Source: Acetobacteraceae bacterium
Lineage (GTDB): Bacteria > Pseudomonadota > Alphaproteobacteria > Acetobacterales > Acetobacteraceae
Reading direction: 5' to 3'
DNA length: 57,505 nucleotides
NCBI GenBank assembly: GCA_036494925.1
Contig: DASXNR010000417.1
Span: 1-57,505, forward strand
Made by a program: the position numbers and the translations under genes. Below the pieces are notes generated by a model that saw nothing but the letters and a program-made list of their open reading frames with translations, was not told the DNA's origin and ran no database searches. Below, one piece after another: positions 39,216 to 52,456 of the stretch; within the stretch, counting starts at the first letter, position 1, and the number at the start of each line of letters is the position of its first letter.

Positions 39216-39300
39216 GCCATTGCGAGCGTAGCGGAGCAATCACGGGCCACGTGCGCACTCGGATCGAGATTGCTTTGTCGCCGCGCTCCGCGCAATGACA
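39216..39300. repeat. REP-like palindromic element between convergent genes
   Basis: The left arm CATTGCGAGCGTAGCGGAGCAATC (39218-39241) is an imperfect reverse complement of the right arm GATTGCTTTGTCGCCGCGCTCCGCGCAATG (39268-39297). It fills most of the 99-nt gap between the stops at 39208 and 39308. Confidence 0.6.
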
Positions 39301-39307
39301 GGACGGG

Positions 39308-40516
39308 TTAGACCGTCATCTCCAGCACATAAAGCCCGCCGGCGAAGCGATCGACCGTATAAACCAGCCGGTTCTCATCGACGTACACGTCATTGATCAT
39401 CCCGGCCTTCATCGGCGATCCGTCCGGCGGATCCGGAATGAACGACGCCACCTCCTTCGGTTGCAGTGGATCGGTGATGTCGTGCACGCGCAGCCCACCA
39501 CCGAAATATGTGCCGAACACCAGCGTGCTGGACTGGAACGATGGGCCCGTCCGGTTCTCCCACAAATTGTGCGCGCCATAACGTCCGCCGATCGCGTAGT
39601 CCTCCATCGGTGGCAGCGGCAGCGTTGCTATCGACACCAGATTGTCTTCCCGTCGTGCATCCAGCAGCCACACCAGCTTCGGCCAGTCGGCGCCTTCCGT
39701 GCGCACGCACTCGTCGCTTACCACCAGCAGATCGCGATCGAACAGCGGCAAAACGGTATGGGTGAAGCCAGGGAACGGCGGGTGCGGGTTCCAGTGCCCT
39801 ACCAGCTTCGGCCTGCCGATATCCGAAATGTCGAGCACACACGCGCCGCCGTCGATATAGCCGACATAGGCGCGGTCCGGCCGCTCCGGATACACATTTG
39901 TATTGTGAGCCCTACAGCCGGTGTCGAACTTCGGATGCCGCGGCACCGGCGGTGCCTCGTCGCGCTCCTCGGTGCCCGGATACCACCACCGGCCAATTTC
40001 GCGCGGCTTTACCGGATCGCTCACGTCGAACGCCGTGTAGCACTGGTCGTCCTTCAGGTTGCGCGGCATGAAGTCGGCGGCGCCGCTGGAACAATGGATC
40101 GTCTTGCCGTCGACGAACCAGAGCTGGTGCACGCCGCGCGACCGTGGCCCGGAGCGGTCGATGAAGCTGATGCTGCGCGGCTGTTCGGGAGTGGAGATGT
40201 CGAACAGCTCGATCCCCGCCGGCGTCGCGCCGTGCGTGCCGGTCTGGTACGCCACCGCCATGATGTTGCCGCACACCTCCAGCGAATTCGACCGCACGTT
40301 GCGGTGCGGCAGATCGGTCTGCACCACGACGCGCGGCTTCGTCGGATCGGTGACATCGACACCGGTGAAATTCTTTGGCGCGCACTCGTGCGCCAGCCAC
40401 ATGATGCGCCGCCCGCCGGGGGCCAATTGCAGACTCATGCCCTCGCCGACGTTGCCGAAGCCGCTCATCAGGTCGTGCGAGATCAGGCGGAAATTATGGG
40501 CTTCCGGTTGTGCCAT
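39308..40516 (-). CDS. LVIVD-repeat beta-propeller protein, no signal peptide
   Basis: Start at MAQPEAHNF (ATG 40516, SD GGAGA 7 nt upstream). Five blade motifs of type D(V/I)(S/T)DPxxP: VDVTDPTKP, LFDISTPEQP, FDVSDPVKP, LDISDIGRP, VHDITDPLQP. The 744-aa track ORF is a run-on. Confidence 0.75.
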   Translation of the reverse strand: MAQPEAHNFRLISHDLMSGFGNVGEGMSLQLAPGGRRIMWLAHECAPKNFTGVDVTDPTKPRVVVQTDLPHRNVRSNSLEVCGNIMAVAYQTGTHGATPAGIELFDISTPEQPRSISFIDRSGPRSRGVHQLWFVDGKTIHCSSGAADFMPRNLKDDQCYTAFDVSDPVKPREIGRWWYPGTEERDEAPPVPRHPKFDTGCRAHNTNVYPERPDRAYVGYIDGGACVLDISDIGRPKLVGHWNPHPPFPGFTHTVLPLFDRDLLVVSDECVRTEGADWPKLVWLLDARREDNLVSIATLPLPPMEDYAIGGRYGAHNLWENRTGPSFQSSTLVFGTYFGGGLRVHDITDPLQPKEVASFIPDPPDGSPMKAGMINDVYVDENRLVYTVDRFAGGLYVLEMTV

Positions 40517-40543
40517 GCGCGTTTCTCCCCGATGCTGCGCGTG

Positions 40544-41554
40544 ATGAGCGAGGCAGCGAACACTGTGCCGGTGACGATACTCACCGGCTTCCTGGGCAGC
40601 GGCAAGACCACGGTGCTGAATCACCTGCTGCGGCAGCCCTCGCTCGCCGACACCGTGGTGATCGTCAACGAGTTCGGCGCGGTAGGGCTGGATCATCTGC
40701 TGATCGAGCAGGCGATCGAGGACGCCGTGCTGCTGAAGAACGGCTGCATCTGCTGCACCGTCCGCGGCGACATCGCCGATACGCTCGACGTGCTGTGGCA
40801 ACGCCGCGAGGCCGGCGAGCTGCCGCCGTTCCGCCGCATCGCGATCGAAACAACGGGACTGGCGGATCCGGCGCCGGTGGCGCATGCGCTGCTCGCCGAG
40901 CCTGGCGCGCGCTATGCGTGCCGACTGGACGGCATCGTCACCACGGTCGATGCGCTGCACGGTCCGATGCAGCTCGATCGACAGCCCGAGGCGCGACGCC
41001 AGGTAGCGATGGCCGACCGTATCCTGCTCACCAAGACCGACCTCGCCAGTTCGGCGCAGATAGCGGAAACCAGGGAGCGCATTGCCGCCTTGAATGCGAC
41101 CGCCCCGTTGCGGCAGGTCGTCGCCGGCGCCGTCGATACCGCCGATGTGTTCGACCTGGGTCCCGACGGCGCGCGGCTGGAACAGTGGCTCCGGCCGCTG
41201 GAGATCGAGGGCCATCGTGGCCACCAGCATCTGCCCTTCCGCCACGGAGAACAGATCGGATCGGTGGCGCTGCGTCATGACAAGCCGATCGCCTGGGCTG
41301 CGCTGCAGCGCTGGCTCGAATCCGTGCTGTCGCTGCGCGGCGACAGCGTGCTGCGACTGAAGGGCATCGTCTGGCTGCACGGCGAGACCCGGCCGATCGT
41401 GTTGCAGGGCGTGCATCATGTCGTGCATCCACCGGTATATCTCGATCGTTCGGTGCAGCCCGAGGGCACCTCCCGCATCGTGCTGATCACCCGCGGCCTG
41501 TCCGCGGCGGGCCTGCGTGCCAGCTTCGCGACGGCGCTCCAATTGACACGGTAA
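40544..41554 (+). CDS. COG0523 (CobW/G3E family) GTPase metallochaperone
   Basis: P-loop GFLGSGKTT, metal motif GCICC, switch ETTGLADP, LLTKTDL. Start at MSEAANTVPVT (alternative ATG at 40532). Confidence 0.85.
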   Translation: MSEAANTVPVTILTGFLGSGKTTVLNHLLRQPSLADTVVIVNEFGAVGLDHLLIEQAIEDAVLLKNGCICCTVRGDIADTLDVLWQRREAGELPPFRRIAIETTGLADPAPVAHALLAEPGARYACRLDGIVTTVDALHGPMQLDRQPEARRQVAMADRILLTKTDLASSAQIAETRERIAALNATAPLRQVVAGAVDTADVFDLGPDGARLEQWLRPLEIEGHRGHQHLPFRHGEQIGSVALRHDKPIAWAALQRWLESVLSLRGDSVLRLKGIVWLHGETRPIVLQGVHHVVHPPVYLDRSVQPEGTSRIVLITRGLSAAGLRASFATALQLTR

Positions 41555-41612
41555 CGGCGGTCTATGGCATCCAGCCGGCAGCGCAACAGCTGGCCGCCGA
41601 AAGGAGATCGCC

Positions 41613-42047
41613 TTGCCTGACGATGTGGTGCCGAAGTCGCAGCGCGCCGGCAGCGCGGAATCCAGGACACGCGAGGCCCTCGCGAATCTGCGCAGCGATC
41701 TTGGCTATCTGCGGCGTCAGCAGCACGAATTGCGCTGCAGGTTTCACGGCGAACTGGCGGTGCTGGCGCTGCGCATCGAGGACAATGAGCGGCGAGCGAT
41801 GCGGCGGCGCAGGGTGGCGCGGCGGTGGGCGGTAGTCGCTCTGGTCGCGGCGTGGTTGTGGCTCAGCCGCGGTGCCGTTCTGGAGATGCTCGGCGGCAGT
41901 CCGCTGCTTCTGCCGGGACTGTTCATCGTCGTCATGACCCTGCTCGTGGGGATTACGGTCGTGGTGCTTTTCCTGCACAACGCCGCAGACGAGCAGGAGC
42001 ATCGCGACCGGCATCAGAACTGGTTCCGGCTGACGGAACGGGACTGA
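41613..42047 (+). CDS. hypothetical membrane protein (basic coiled N-terminus plus 2 TM)
   Basis: TTG start preceded by a strong SD AAGGAG at 6-nt spacing. TM segments WAVVALVAAWLWL and LLLPGLFIVVMTLLVGITVVVLFL. Confidence 0.6.
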   Translation: MPDDVVPKSQRAGSAESRTREALANLRSDLGYLRRQQHELRCRFHGELAVLALRIEDNERRAMRRRRVARRWAVVALVAAWLWLSRGAVLEMLGGSPLLLPGLFIVVMTLLVGITVVVLFLHNAADEQEHRDRHQNWFRLTERD

Positions 42048-42081
42048 GCGGAGTCGCGGGCGGCACCACGATGCTAATCGA

Positions 42082-42948
42082 TCACAGCGGTTCCGCCTCC
42101 CGCATCGCCTCGGCCTCGCGCTTCAGCAGCCGGAAGCTGCGCACACTGAGCGGCAGCATCCCCAGATAGATCAGGCCGCCGGCGGCCAATGCCGCCCAAG
42201 GGTCGGCGACCAGCACCGCGGCGAACGTGACAGCACCGAGCAGCAGCGGCAGCACGTATTCATGCGGCACCTTGAAGTTCTTGAAGCTCCAGACCGGCAG
42301 GGTCGAGACCAGCAGGAACGCAGTGCCGATCAGCACGACGGCACAGAATAGCGGGTGTTGCGCAACGCTCAGCAGCCAGTCCCAGCCAAGCGATTTCGCC
42401 TCCAGACCGAGGAACAGCGGAAACAGCACGACGCCGGCGCCGGCGGGCGCGGGGACGCCGGTGAAGAAGTTGTAGGTGTAGGCAGGAGCCGGCGCGCCAT
42501 CCAGCGCGGCGTTGAAGCGCGCCAGCCGCAGCGCCATGCACACCGTGAAGATCAGGCAGGGCGTGTAGCCGAAGCCGCCGGCGCGCTGCAGCGACCACAG
42601 GAACAGAATGAACGCCGGCGCGACGCCGAAGCACAGGAAGTCGGCCAGACTGTCGAGTTCGGCGCCGAAGCGCGATGTGGCCTTCAGCAGCCGCGCCAGC
42701 CTGCCGTCCAGTCCGTCGATCGCGCCGGCGACCACGATCGCCACCGCCGCGGGACCGAACCGGCCCTCATAGGCGAAGCGCATCGACGTCAGGCCGGCGC
42801 ACAGGCCGATCAGGGTCAGCAGGTTGGGGACGATGCGGTTGAACGACTGTCCCTTGAAGCGCGGCCGGGAGCGCGGGCGCAGCCGGCGCAGCCGGTTGAT
42901 CGGCGAGACGCGGCCATTGTGCCAGTCGGGGTGCGGCGATCCGCTCAT
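42082..42948 (-). CDS. pssA: CDP-diacylglycerol--serine O-phosphatidyltransferase
   Basis: CDP-alcohol phosphatidyltransferase motif DGLDGRLARLLKATSRFGAELDSLAD. Its ATG overlaps the psd stop (ATGA). Confidence 0.9.
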   Translation of the reverse strand: MSGSPHPDWHNGRVSPINRLRRLRPRSRPRFKGQSFNRIVPNLLTLIGLCAGLTSMRFAYEGRFGPAAVAIVVAGAIDGLDGRLARLLKATSRFGAELDSLADFLCFGVAPAFILFLWSLQRAGGFGYTPCLIFTVCMALRLARFNAALDGAPAPAYTYNFFTGVPAPAGAGVVLFPLFLGLEAKSLGWDWLLSVAQHPLFCAVVLIGTAFLLVSTLPVWSFKNFKVPHEYVLPLLLGAVTFAAVLVADPWAALAAGGLIYLGMLPLSVRSFRLLKREAEAMREAEPL

Positions 42949-43616
42949 AGCGTCAACTCCGCGATCACGGTTTCGCCGCCGATCATGGTCTGACCGACGG
43001 CCACCAATGGGCGCACACCCTCCGGAAGGTAGAGATCCGCCCGGCTGCCGAAGCGGATGATGCCGAAGCGCTGGCCGGCACGCACCGGGTCACCCTCACG
43101 CAGGTCGCAGACGATGCGGCGGGCTATCATCCCGGCGATCTGCACCACGGCGATCTCCCGTCCGTCCGACAGTCGCAGGGCGACGGCGTTGCGCTCGTTG
43201 TCGTGGCTCGCCTTGTCCAGGCTGGCACTGACGAAGCTGCCATGCCGGTAGGCGATGCGGGTGATGATGCCATCGGCCGGGACGCGGTTCACGTGGACGT
43301 TGAGGATTGACAGGAAGGTGGACACCCGCCAGCGCGGCATGGCGCCGAGACCGAGTTCCGCCGGCGGCACGGCTGGCGTCACCGACACCACGCGGCCGTC
43401 GGCCGGCGCGATCACCGCACCCGGCCGGCCGGGCGGGACGCGCTCGGGATCGCGGAAGAAGAACAGGCAGAACAGGGCGAACAGCAGCCCAAGCCAGGCC
43501 AGCCATGGCCCGATTGCCAGTCCGAGCATCACCGCGATCAGCCCGCCCAGGATGAATGGCCGCCCGGCAGGATGCGGCGGGGACAACACGTGGCCAATGT
43601 CGTCGACGAGGGACAT
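42945..43616 (-). CDS. psd: phosphatidylserine decarboxylase proenzyme (short type)
   Basis: FFRDPERV, ADGRV, NVHVNRVP, and the self-cleavage region IIRFGSR. Confidence 0.9.
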   Translation of the reverse strand: MSLVDDIGHVLSPPHPAGRPFILGGLIAVMLGLAIGPWLAWLGLLFALFCLFFFRDPERVPPGRPGAVIAPADGRVVSVTPAVPPAELGLGAMPRWRVSTFLSILNVHVNRVPADGIITRIAYRHGSFVSASLDKASHDNERNAVALRLSDGREIAVVQIAGMIARRIVCDLREGDPVRAGQRFGIIRFGSRADLYLPEGVRPLVAVGQTMIGGETVIAELTL

Positions 43617-43684
43617 ACGCAGCGCGGTTTATGGAAGCTTCACCTTGGTGGGGCAAGACTGGTGGCAACCAAGGAGCACCCGCA

Positions 43685-44140
43685 ATGCCGTTCGACGCGC
43701 CATTCAAGCTTGGGCCATTTTCGGTCGATTCCGAGGGGCGGTTGGCGCCCCGCAAACCGGCGGCGGCGCCTGCCTTTCTGTTCCGCTGGCACAACCGCGC
43801 GGTACGGGCGCGATTGGATCAGGCCGATGACGAAACCGGGCGACTGATGCTCCAGGTGACGTTGGCGCGCGTGCAGAGCTCGGCGAGCGCTCCCGATGCG
43901 ACGCTGCGGCCACGCAGCTTCGCCCTGCTGCACTGGCTCGAGCGGAAGGTCCCAACGGATTGGCAGGTGCTCCTCCTGGCCGACCATCGTGTGTGGCTGG
44001 AAACCGAGCGGCGGATCGACCTGCCCATCACCGCCGCAAATCTGATAACCGAGATCACTCGCTTCGCGCTCGACCTGGCGCCTTATCTCGAGCTGATGGA
44101 CGAGAGCGGCCTGACCGTGGCGGATAGTGGCGCGGCCTAG
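43685..44140 (+). CDS. hypothetical protein (151 aa)
   Basis: ATG preceded by AAGGAG. I recognise no family. Its stop overlaps the stop of the convergent gene in CTAG. Confidence 0.6.
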   Translation: MPFDAPFKLGPFSVDSEGRLAPRKPAAAPAFLFRWHNRAVRARLDQADDETGRLMLQVTLARVQSSASAPDATLRPRSFALLHWLERKVPTDWQVLLLADHRVWLETERRIDLPITAANLITEITRFALDLAPYLELMDESGLTVADSGAA

Positions 44141-44961
44141 CGGCCGAGGAGCAGCCGCGCCAGCCAAACACAGCCGACAGCGATCGCGCCCGCCAGCAGG
44201 CAGCCGGCCAGCGGCGCCGCTCGGCCCAGACTGCGCAGGCGCTCCGCCGTGCGCGGTCGCAGCCAGACCGCCAGCAGCGGCGACAGCGCGGCGGCGTCCA
44301 CCGGCGCGAACCCCAGCCGAGGCAATCTCCCGAGGCTGATCGCCGTCACGCAGCCGAGCGCGGCGACGTCGACGGCGACCGGAAGTGCCGCCAGCCCCGG
44401 CATTGGCGGCAGGGCGAACATCGCCAGTGCAACGAGACCCGGCACCAGGGCCAGATGGGTCCACATCGGCGATGTCCCTGCGACATGCAGCGCCACGGCC
44501 AGCGTCAACCCCGCCAACGCGAGGCCACATGGTTCGAGCGCTTTGGCGGTCAGGACGCGCGCGAACAGCAGCACGGCGACAGCGACGCCGAGGCCCATCG
44601 GCCAGTTCGCGCGCAATCCCGCCAGATGGCGCGGCGCACCCGACAGCAGCCAGCCGGCGGCGAGCGCGGCAAGCAGCGCGCCGATCCACTCCTGGCGGCC
44701 GGGACCAAGCCAGGAGCAGACCAGGCCGATAATCAGGGCGATGGCGGCCAGCGCGGTAAGCTCATCCGCCGCCGGCTGGGGCGAAATGACCCAGAGCCGG
44801 CCCGTCATCGCATACCAGCCGGCGGCCACGCCCGCGCCGCCCGCCGCCGCGCCAAGCAGCCCGATGCGCAGGAAGCGACCGGCCAGAGCGAACCCGAGTG
44901 CCACAGCAAACGCGATCAGCGGTCCGTGGAACTGCTGCCATTGGATGAAATGAGTCGGCAT
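44137..44961 (-). CDS. hypothetical polytopic membrane protein (Ala/Gly/Leu-rich)
   Basis: Start taken at MPTHFIQW (ATG 44961; alternative at 44985). About 8 hydrophobic segments. No family recognised. Confidence 0.55.
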   Translation of the reverse strand: MPTHFIQWQQFHGPLIAFAVALGFALAGRFLRIGLLGAAAGGAGVAAGWYAMTGRLWVISPQPAADELTALAAIALIIGLVCSWLGPGRQEWIGALLAALAAGWLLSGAPRHLAGLRANWPMGLGVAVAVLLFARVLTAKALEPCGLALAGLTLAVALHVAGTSPMWTHLALVPGLVALAMFALPPMPGLAALPVAVDVAALGCVTAISLGRLPRLGFAPVDAAALSPLLAVWLRPRTAERLRSLGRAAPLAGCLLAGAIAVGCVWLARLLLGR

Positions 44962-45054
44962 CCGCGCTGCGTGACGCGGCGCCATCGGTGCGTCAAGCTT
45001 GCGCCATGCGACCGGTATCGCGAGGCACCCTACGTGAGTGAACGGATCGTGCCG

Positions 45055-45696
45055 ATGCGCGTGTGGGACGCGCCAACGCGCCTGTTCCACTGGGCGATCG
45101 TCTTCCTGCTCGGCCTGAGCTGGCTGACCGAAAGCCGCGGCTGGATGGAACTGCACTTCCTGTCCGGCTACAGCGTCATCGCGCTATTGCTGTTCCGTGT
45201 GGCCTGGGGCTTTGCCGGCAGCGAGACCGCACGCTTCTCGAAGTTCGTCAGGAGCCCGGTCGCGGTGCTGCGGCATCTCGCCCGCCTGCACCAGCGGGAG
45301 CCGGACGCCGAGATCGGTCACAACGCCGCCGGCGGCTGGATGGTGCTGATGATGCTGGCCTTGCTCGCTGTTCAGGCTGCGACGGGTCTGTGCGCCAATG
45401 ACGACGGCGACACCGAGGGGCCCCTGTCCGCGTATGTCGGCAAGGACTGGAGCGATTGGCTGTCGCACATCCACGCGGTCAATTTCAGACTGATCAAGCT
45501 TGCCGTGGTCGCGCACATCGTCGCGATCCTCGCCTATGCCGTGCTGAAGCGGCACGACCTGGTGCGGCCGATGATCACCGGGCGAAAGCATCTACCGGAT
45601 GCGATGACCCCGCCGGCGCTGGCCAGCCCTCGACGTGCGATCCTGCTGCTTGCGGTGGCGGCGGGGATCGTGGGGCTGCTGGTGAACTCGCTGTAG
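45055..45696 (+). CDS. cytochrome b (Ni/Fe-hydrogenase b-type / cytochrome b561 bacterial family) membrane protein
   Basis: MRVWDAPTRLFHWAIVFLL N-terminus. Conserved His positions (FHW, HNAAGG, HIHAVNF, VVAHIVA). An alternative GTG start lies at 45034. Confidence 0.8.
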   Translation: MRVWDAPTRLFHWAIVFLLGLSWLTESRGWMELHFLSGYSVIALLLFRVAWGFAGSETARFSKFVRSPVAVLRHLARLHQREPDAEIGHNAAGGWMVLMMLALLAVQAATGLCANDDGDTEGPLSAYVGKDWSDWLSHIHAVNFRLIKLAVVAHIVAILAYAVLKRHDLVRPMITGRKHLPDAMTPPALASPRRAILLLAVAAGIVGLLVNSL

Positions 45697-45701
45697 CCGG
45701 T

Positions 45702-46523
45702 TCAGGCGGCGAGGCGCGCGGCCAGGCGGTGGCGGCGCCACTGCATCAGCCGCCAGGCCGCCTTGGCCGACAGGTCGGACAGGCGCCCGCGCGGCGGCAG
45801 GCCCACCGCCTTGAAGATCATGCCCATGCCGCGCTCGACATGGCGGAAGCGGTACAACGCCGCGGCGCGGGCCATGTAGGCGGCGGTACAGCTGGCGTGT
45901 TGGTACGCCTGCCCTTCCGGCTCGTTGCCGCAGTGCCAGGCGTAGGCCAGTTCATCGTCCTCGCTTTCGCCGATGCGGCTGGCGGCGATCCGCAGGCGGC
46001 GCAGCAGGCCGATGTTCTCGCGCGCCAGATAGCGGCGCATGTGGTCGTAGAACAGCTTGAAGTGACGGAACTCGTCGGCGGCGATATGGCGGCAGATCTG
46101 CTGGAGCACGGGTTCCTGCGTCGCCTCGGCCAGTGCGGTGTAATAGCTGGAGGTGCCGGTCTCCACCATGCAGCGCGCGATCAGCTCGCCGGTACGCGAG
46201 CCGCGGACCGACGCTTCCGCGTCCAGCGGCAGATGGAAGCCCGCCTTGTAGCGGGCGAAGGCGGCCTGATAGTCCCAGCCGGGGTCGGCCAGCATCGCCC
46301 ATTTGCCGAGTGCGTCGCCGTGCTGCACCTCTTCGAGGGCCCAATAGTCGGCGGCCTGACGGAAGTCCGGATCGTCGCCGAATACACGATTGAGGTAGAT
46401 GGCGTAGTCGGTGCCGTTCCGCTCCACCATGGCAGCGGCCTTCACCAGCGGAACCAGTTCGGGGTCCGCCCTGGCGGGGTCGAACCGGTCCCAGGCCACG
46501 TCCTCGAGGCGCCAATGCTTCAT
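45702..46523 (-). CDS. ferritin-like di-iron carboxylate protein (AurF / desaturase-like superfamily)
   Basis: Two E-x-x-H motifs (EEVQH, DEFRH) plus the intervening carboxylate helix CMVETGTSSYY. Confidence 0.7.
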   Translation of the reverse strand: MKHWRLEDVAWDRFDPARADPELVPLVKAAAMVERNGTDYAIYLNRVFGDDPDFRQAADYWALEEVQHGDALGKWAMLADPGWDYQAAFARYKAGFHLPLDAEASVRGSRTGELIARCMVETGTSSYYTALAEATQEPVLQQICRHIAADEFRHFKLFYDHMRRYLARENIGLLRRLRIAASRIGESEDDELAYAWHCGNEPEGQAYQHASCTAAYMARAAALYRFRHVERGMGMIFKAVGLPPRGRLSDLSAKAAWRLMQWRRHRLAARLAA

Positions 46524-46685
46524 CGTCGGGTCCGCAGTGTCCCAAGCCGTATCGCCAAGCTGCCATCGTTAGGCGGGATTCGGAAGAGTGGGAGTATCCG
46601 GGCGTGTTATCGCAACCGATAGCCCGCGAGGGGGACGTGAGGAACCGAGGCGAAAGTGATAGAAGGCCGCCGTCAGGAGGGTGTG

Positions 46686-47231
46686 ATGGCACAACGCCTC
46701 AGCCGTGAGGAATTCCATCATTGGGCGGAACGTCAGCCGGTCCGCTATGAACGGGTGGACGGCGAGCCGGTGGCCATGTCGCCCGAGCGCATCCAGCACG
46801 TCAGGGTCAAGGCCCGCGTCTGGGCGGCGCTCGATCGCGCGATCGCCGCCGCAGGCGTGGAGTGCGAGGCGCTGAACGACGGCGTGACGATCGAAGTCGA
46901 TGACGACACAGACTACGAGCCGGACGCGGTGGTGAACTGCGGCCCGCCGGCGTCCCCCGATGCGATCGCTGCCGCGAACCCGGTGATCGTCGTAGAGGTG
47001 CTATCGCCTGGCACGCAGTCGATCGACACCAGCGACAAGCTCTCAGGGTATTTCAGGCTTGCCAGCGTCCAGCATTACCTGATCGTCAGCACGCGGCGGC
47101 ACGAGGTCGTGCATCATCGGCGCGAGGGCGATACGATCGAGTCGCGGGTCATCAACGTGGGCACGATCGGCCTGGATCCGCCCGGGATCACGATCGATGT
47201 CGCCGAACTGTACCCGGCTGGACGATCGTGA
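46686..47231 (+). CDS. Uma2 family (DUF820) PD-(D/E)XK endonuclease-like protein
   Basis: Start at MAQRLS (SD AGGAGG upstream). Hallmark YERVDGEPVAMSPE, EPDAVV, VVEVLSPGT...D...K...Y. Confidence 0.8.
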   Translation: MAQRLSREEFHHWAERQPVRYERVDGEPVAMSPERIQHVRVKARVWAALDRAIAAAGVECEALNDGVTIEVDDDTDYEPDAVVNCGPPASPDAIAAANPVIVVEVLSPGTQSIDTSDKLSGYFRLASVQHYLIVSTRRHEVVHHRREGDTIESRVINVGTIGLDPPGITIDVAELYPAGRS

Positions 47232-47382
47232 GCGCCAGGGTCAACCCGATCACATGGATACCGGTGGTGGCGTTCGACGGCCACGAGGGTGGAGCACGAA
47301 ACTTGACATCCAGGCCCTGCCCGGGCGGCACGGCCAGGCCATCAATCACGGCACATTCAGCAATCTGCGCGCCAGGGCGCCG

Positions 47383-47805
47383 CTACCGCCCGCCGGTCAG
47401 CAACGCATCCACCGCCTCGATCAGCGCGCGTGCCGACTGCACCCGCTCCAGCGCCATCTCCTCGCCGACGACATCGGATGTCTCCACCTGCGCCAGCGCC
47501 TCCTCTGCCGCCGCCAGCCGCCGTTCGCCTTCATCGCGCGCCAGATCGCCGGGCGCCATCACTTCGTTGGCCAGCACGGTGCAGCGTTCCGGCGTCACCT
47601 CGGCGAAGCCGCCGGCGACGTACATCTGGTCGGTGACCCGCTCGCCTTCATACAGCGCGATGATCCCGCCGCGCAGCATCACGATGGTGGGCGCGTGGCC
47701 TTCCAGCACGCCCATATCGCCCTCGGAGGCCGGTATCACCACCATGTCCACCGGTCGCGACAGCAGCAGCCGGTCCGGGGTGACGATCTCCAGGTTCACC
47801 GGCAT
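47383..47805 (-). CDS. atpC: F0F1 ATP synthase subunit epsilon
   Basis: LEIVTPDRLLLSRPVDMVVIPASEGDMGVL. Follows atpD. Confidence 0.95.
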   Translation of the reverse strand: MPVNLEIVTPDRLLLSRPVDMVVIPASEGDMGVLEGHAPTIVMLRGGIIALYEGERVTDQMYVAGGFAEVTPERCTVLANEVMAPGDLARDEGERRLAAAEEALAQVETSDVVGEEMALERVQSARALIEAVDALLTGGR

Positions 47806-47811
47806 GCCGCG

Positions 47812-50143
<2,332 letters not shown>

Positions 50144-50183
50144 TGCGATACCTTACCGGGGCTATTCGACACGAACGCACGCA

Positions 50184-51716
<1,533 letters not shown>

Positions 51717-51717
51717 A

Positions 51718-52287
51718 TCAGGCGGCTCCCTTCATGGCGTACTGCAGTCGCTGCAGGCGGGACTTGAGTGAGGTGTCGTAGAGGCGGGCGCCGACGCGCA
51801 CGACGAGACCGCCGAGCAGGTCGGGTTCCACGGCTTCGAGGATGTTGACGTTGCCGTAGCCGGCCTCGATCAGGCGGGCACGCAGCTGCTGGCGCTGCAC
51901 GTCGTTCAGCGGATGCGCGGAGGCGACGTGGGCGGTGATGATGCCGCGGCGTTCCGCCACCAGGGCGGCGAAGGCGCGTACGATGTCGCGCAGACTGCGG
52001 AGCCGGCGGTTGGCCGCCACGACGCCGACGAAGTCGCACACCGGTTTGGAAAAGCCTTCCTGTTGCAGCACCGCCAGCGCCGCCCGCGTGGCCTGATTGA
52101 CGTCGATCAGCGGCGATTCCAGCAGGCGGCGGAAATCCGCGCTCGCATCGATGGTCTGGCCCAGTGCCTCCATCTCGGCCACCACGGCATCGAGCGCGTG
52201 CTGTTCGTCGGCATGGGCATACAGCGCCGCGGCGTAGCGGTCGGTCAGGCCGCCGCCGGATGCGATCGTCGTAGCGCCTGAGGCCAC
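51718..52287 (-). CDS. atpH: F0F1 ATP synthase subunit delta (OSCP)
   Basis: RYAAALY..., [23 protein letters not shown]-terminal block. Immediately upstream of atpA. Confidence 0.93.
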   Translation of the reverse strand: MASGATTIASGGGLTDRYAAALYAHADEQHALDAVVAEMEALGQTIDASADFRRLLESPLIDVNQATRAALAVLQQEGFSKPVCDFVGVVAANRRLRSLRDIVRAFAALVAERRGIITAHVASAHPLNDVQRQQLRARLIEAGYGNVNILEAVEPDLLGGLVVRVGARLYDTSLKSRLQRLQYAMKGAA

Positions 52288-52456
52288 GTGCCGTTCCCTG
52301 TGCTGAGGCCGCGCGCAAGCGCGGGCGTGGGCGGGAGACCGGCCGCCCTGACCGGCGCGCGGCCTCTAGCATGGGGTCCGATGGGGAGCAACACGGGTCA
52401 TTGGTGTTGGGCGGAAGCGATTTGGACTAGTCGGAAGACTGGTGCAAACTGGCGGC

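Noticed and set aside
39308-41554. 744-aa (minus) and 697-aa (plus) ORFs that overlap each other almost completely
   Set aside because: Each is a real gene (LVIVD, COG0523) extended upstream through the partner gene in an open antisense frame. Internal ATGs with SD sequences give normal-length proteins.
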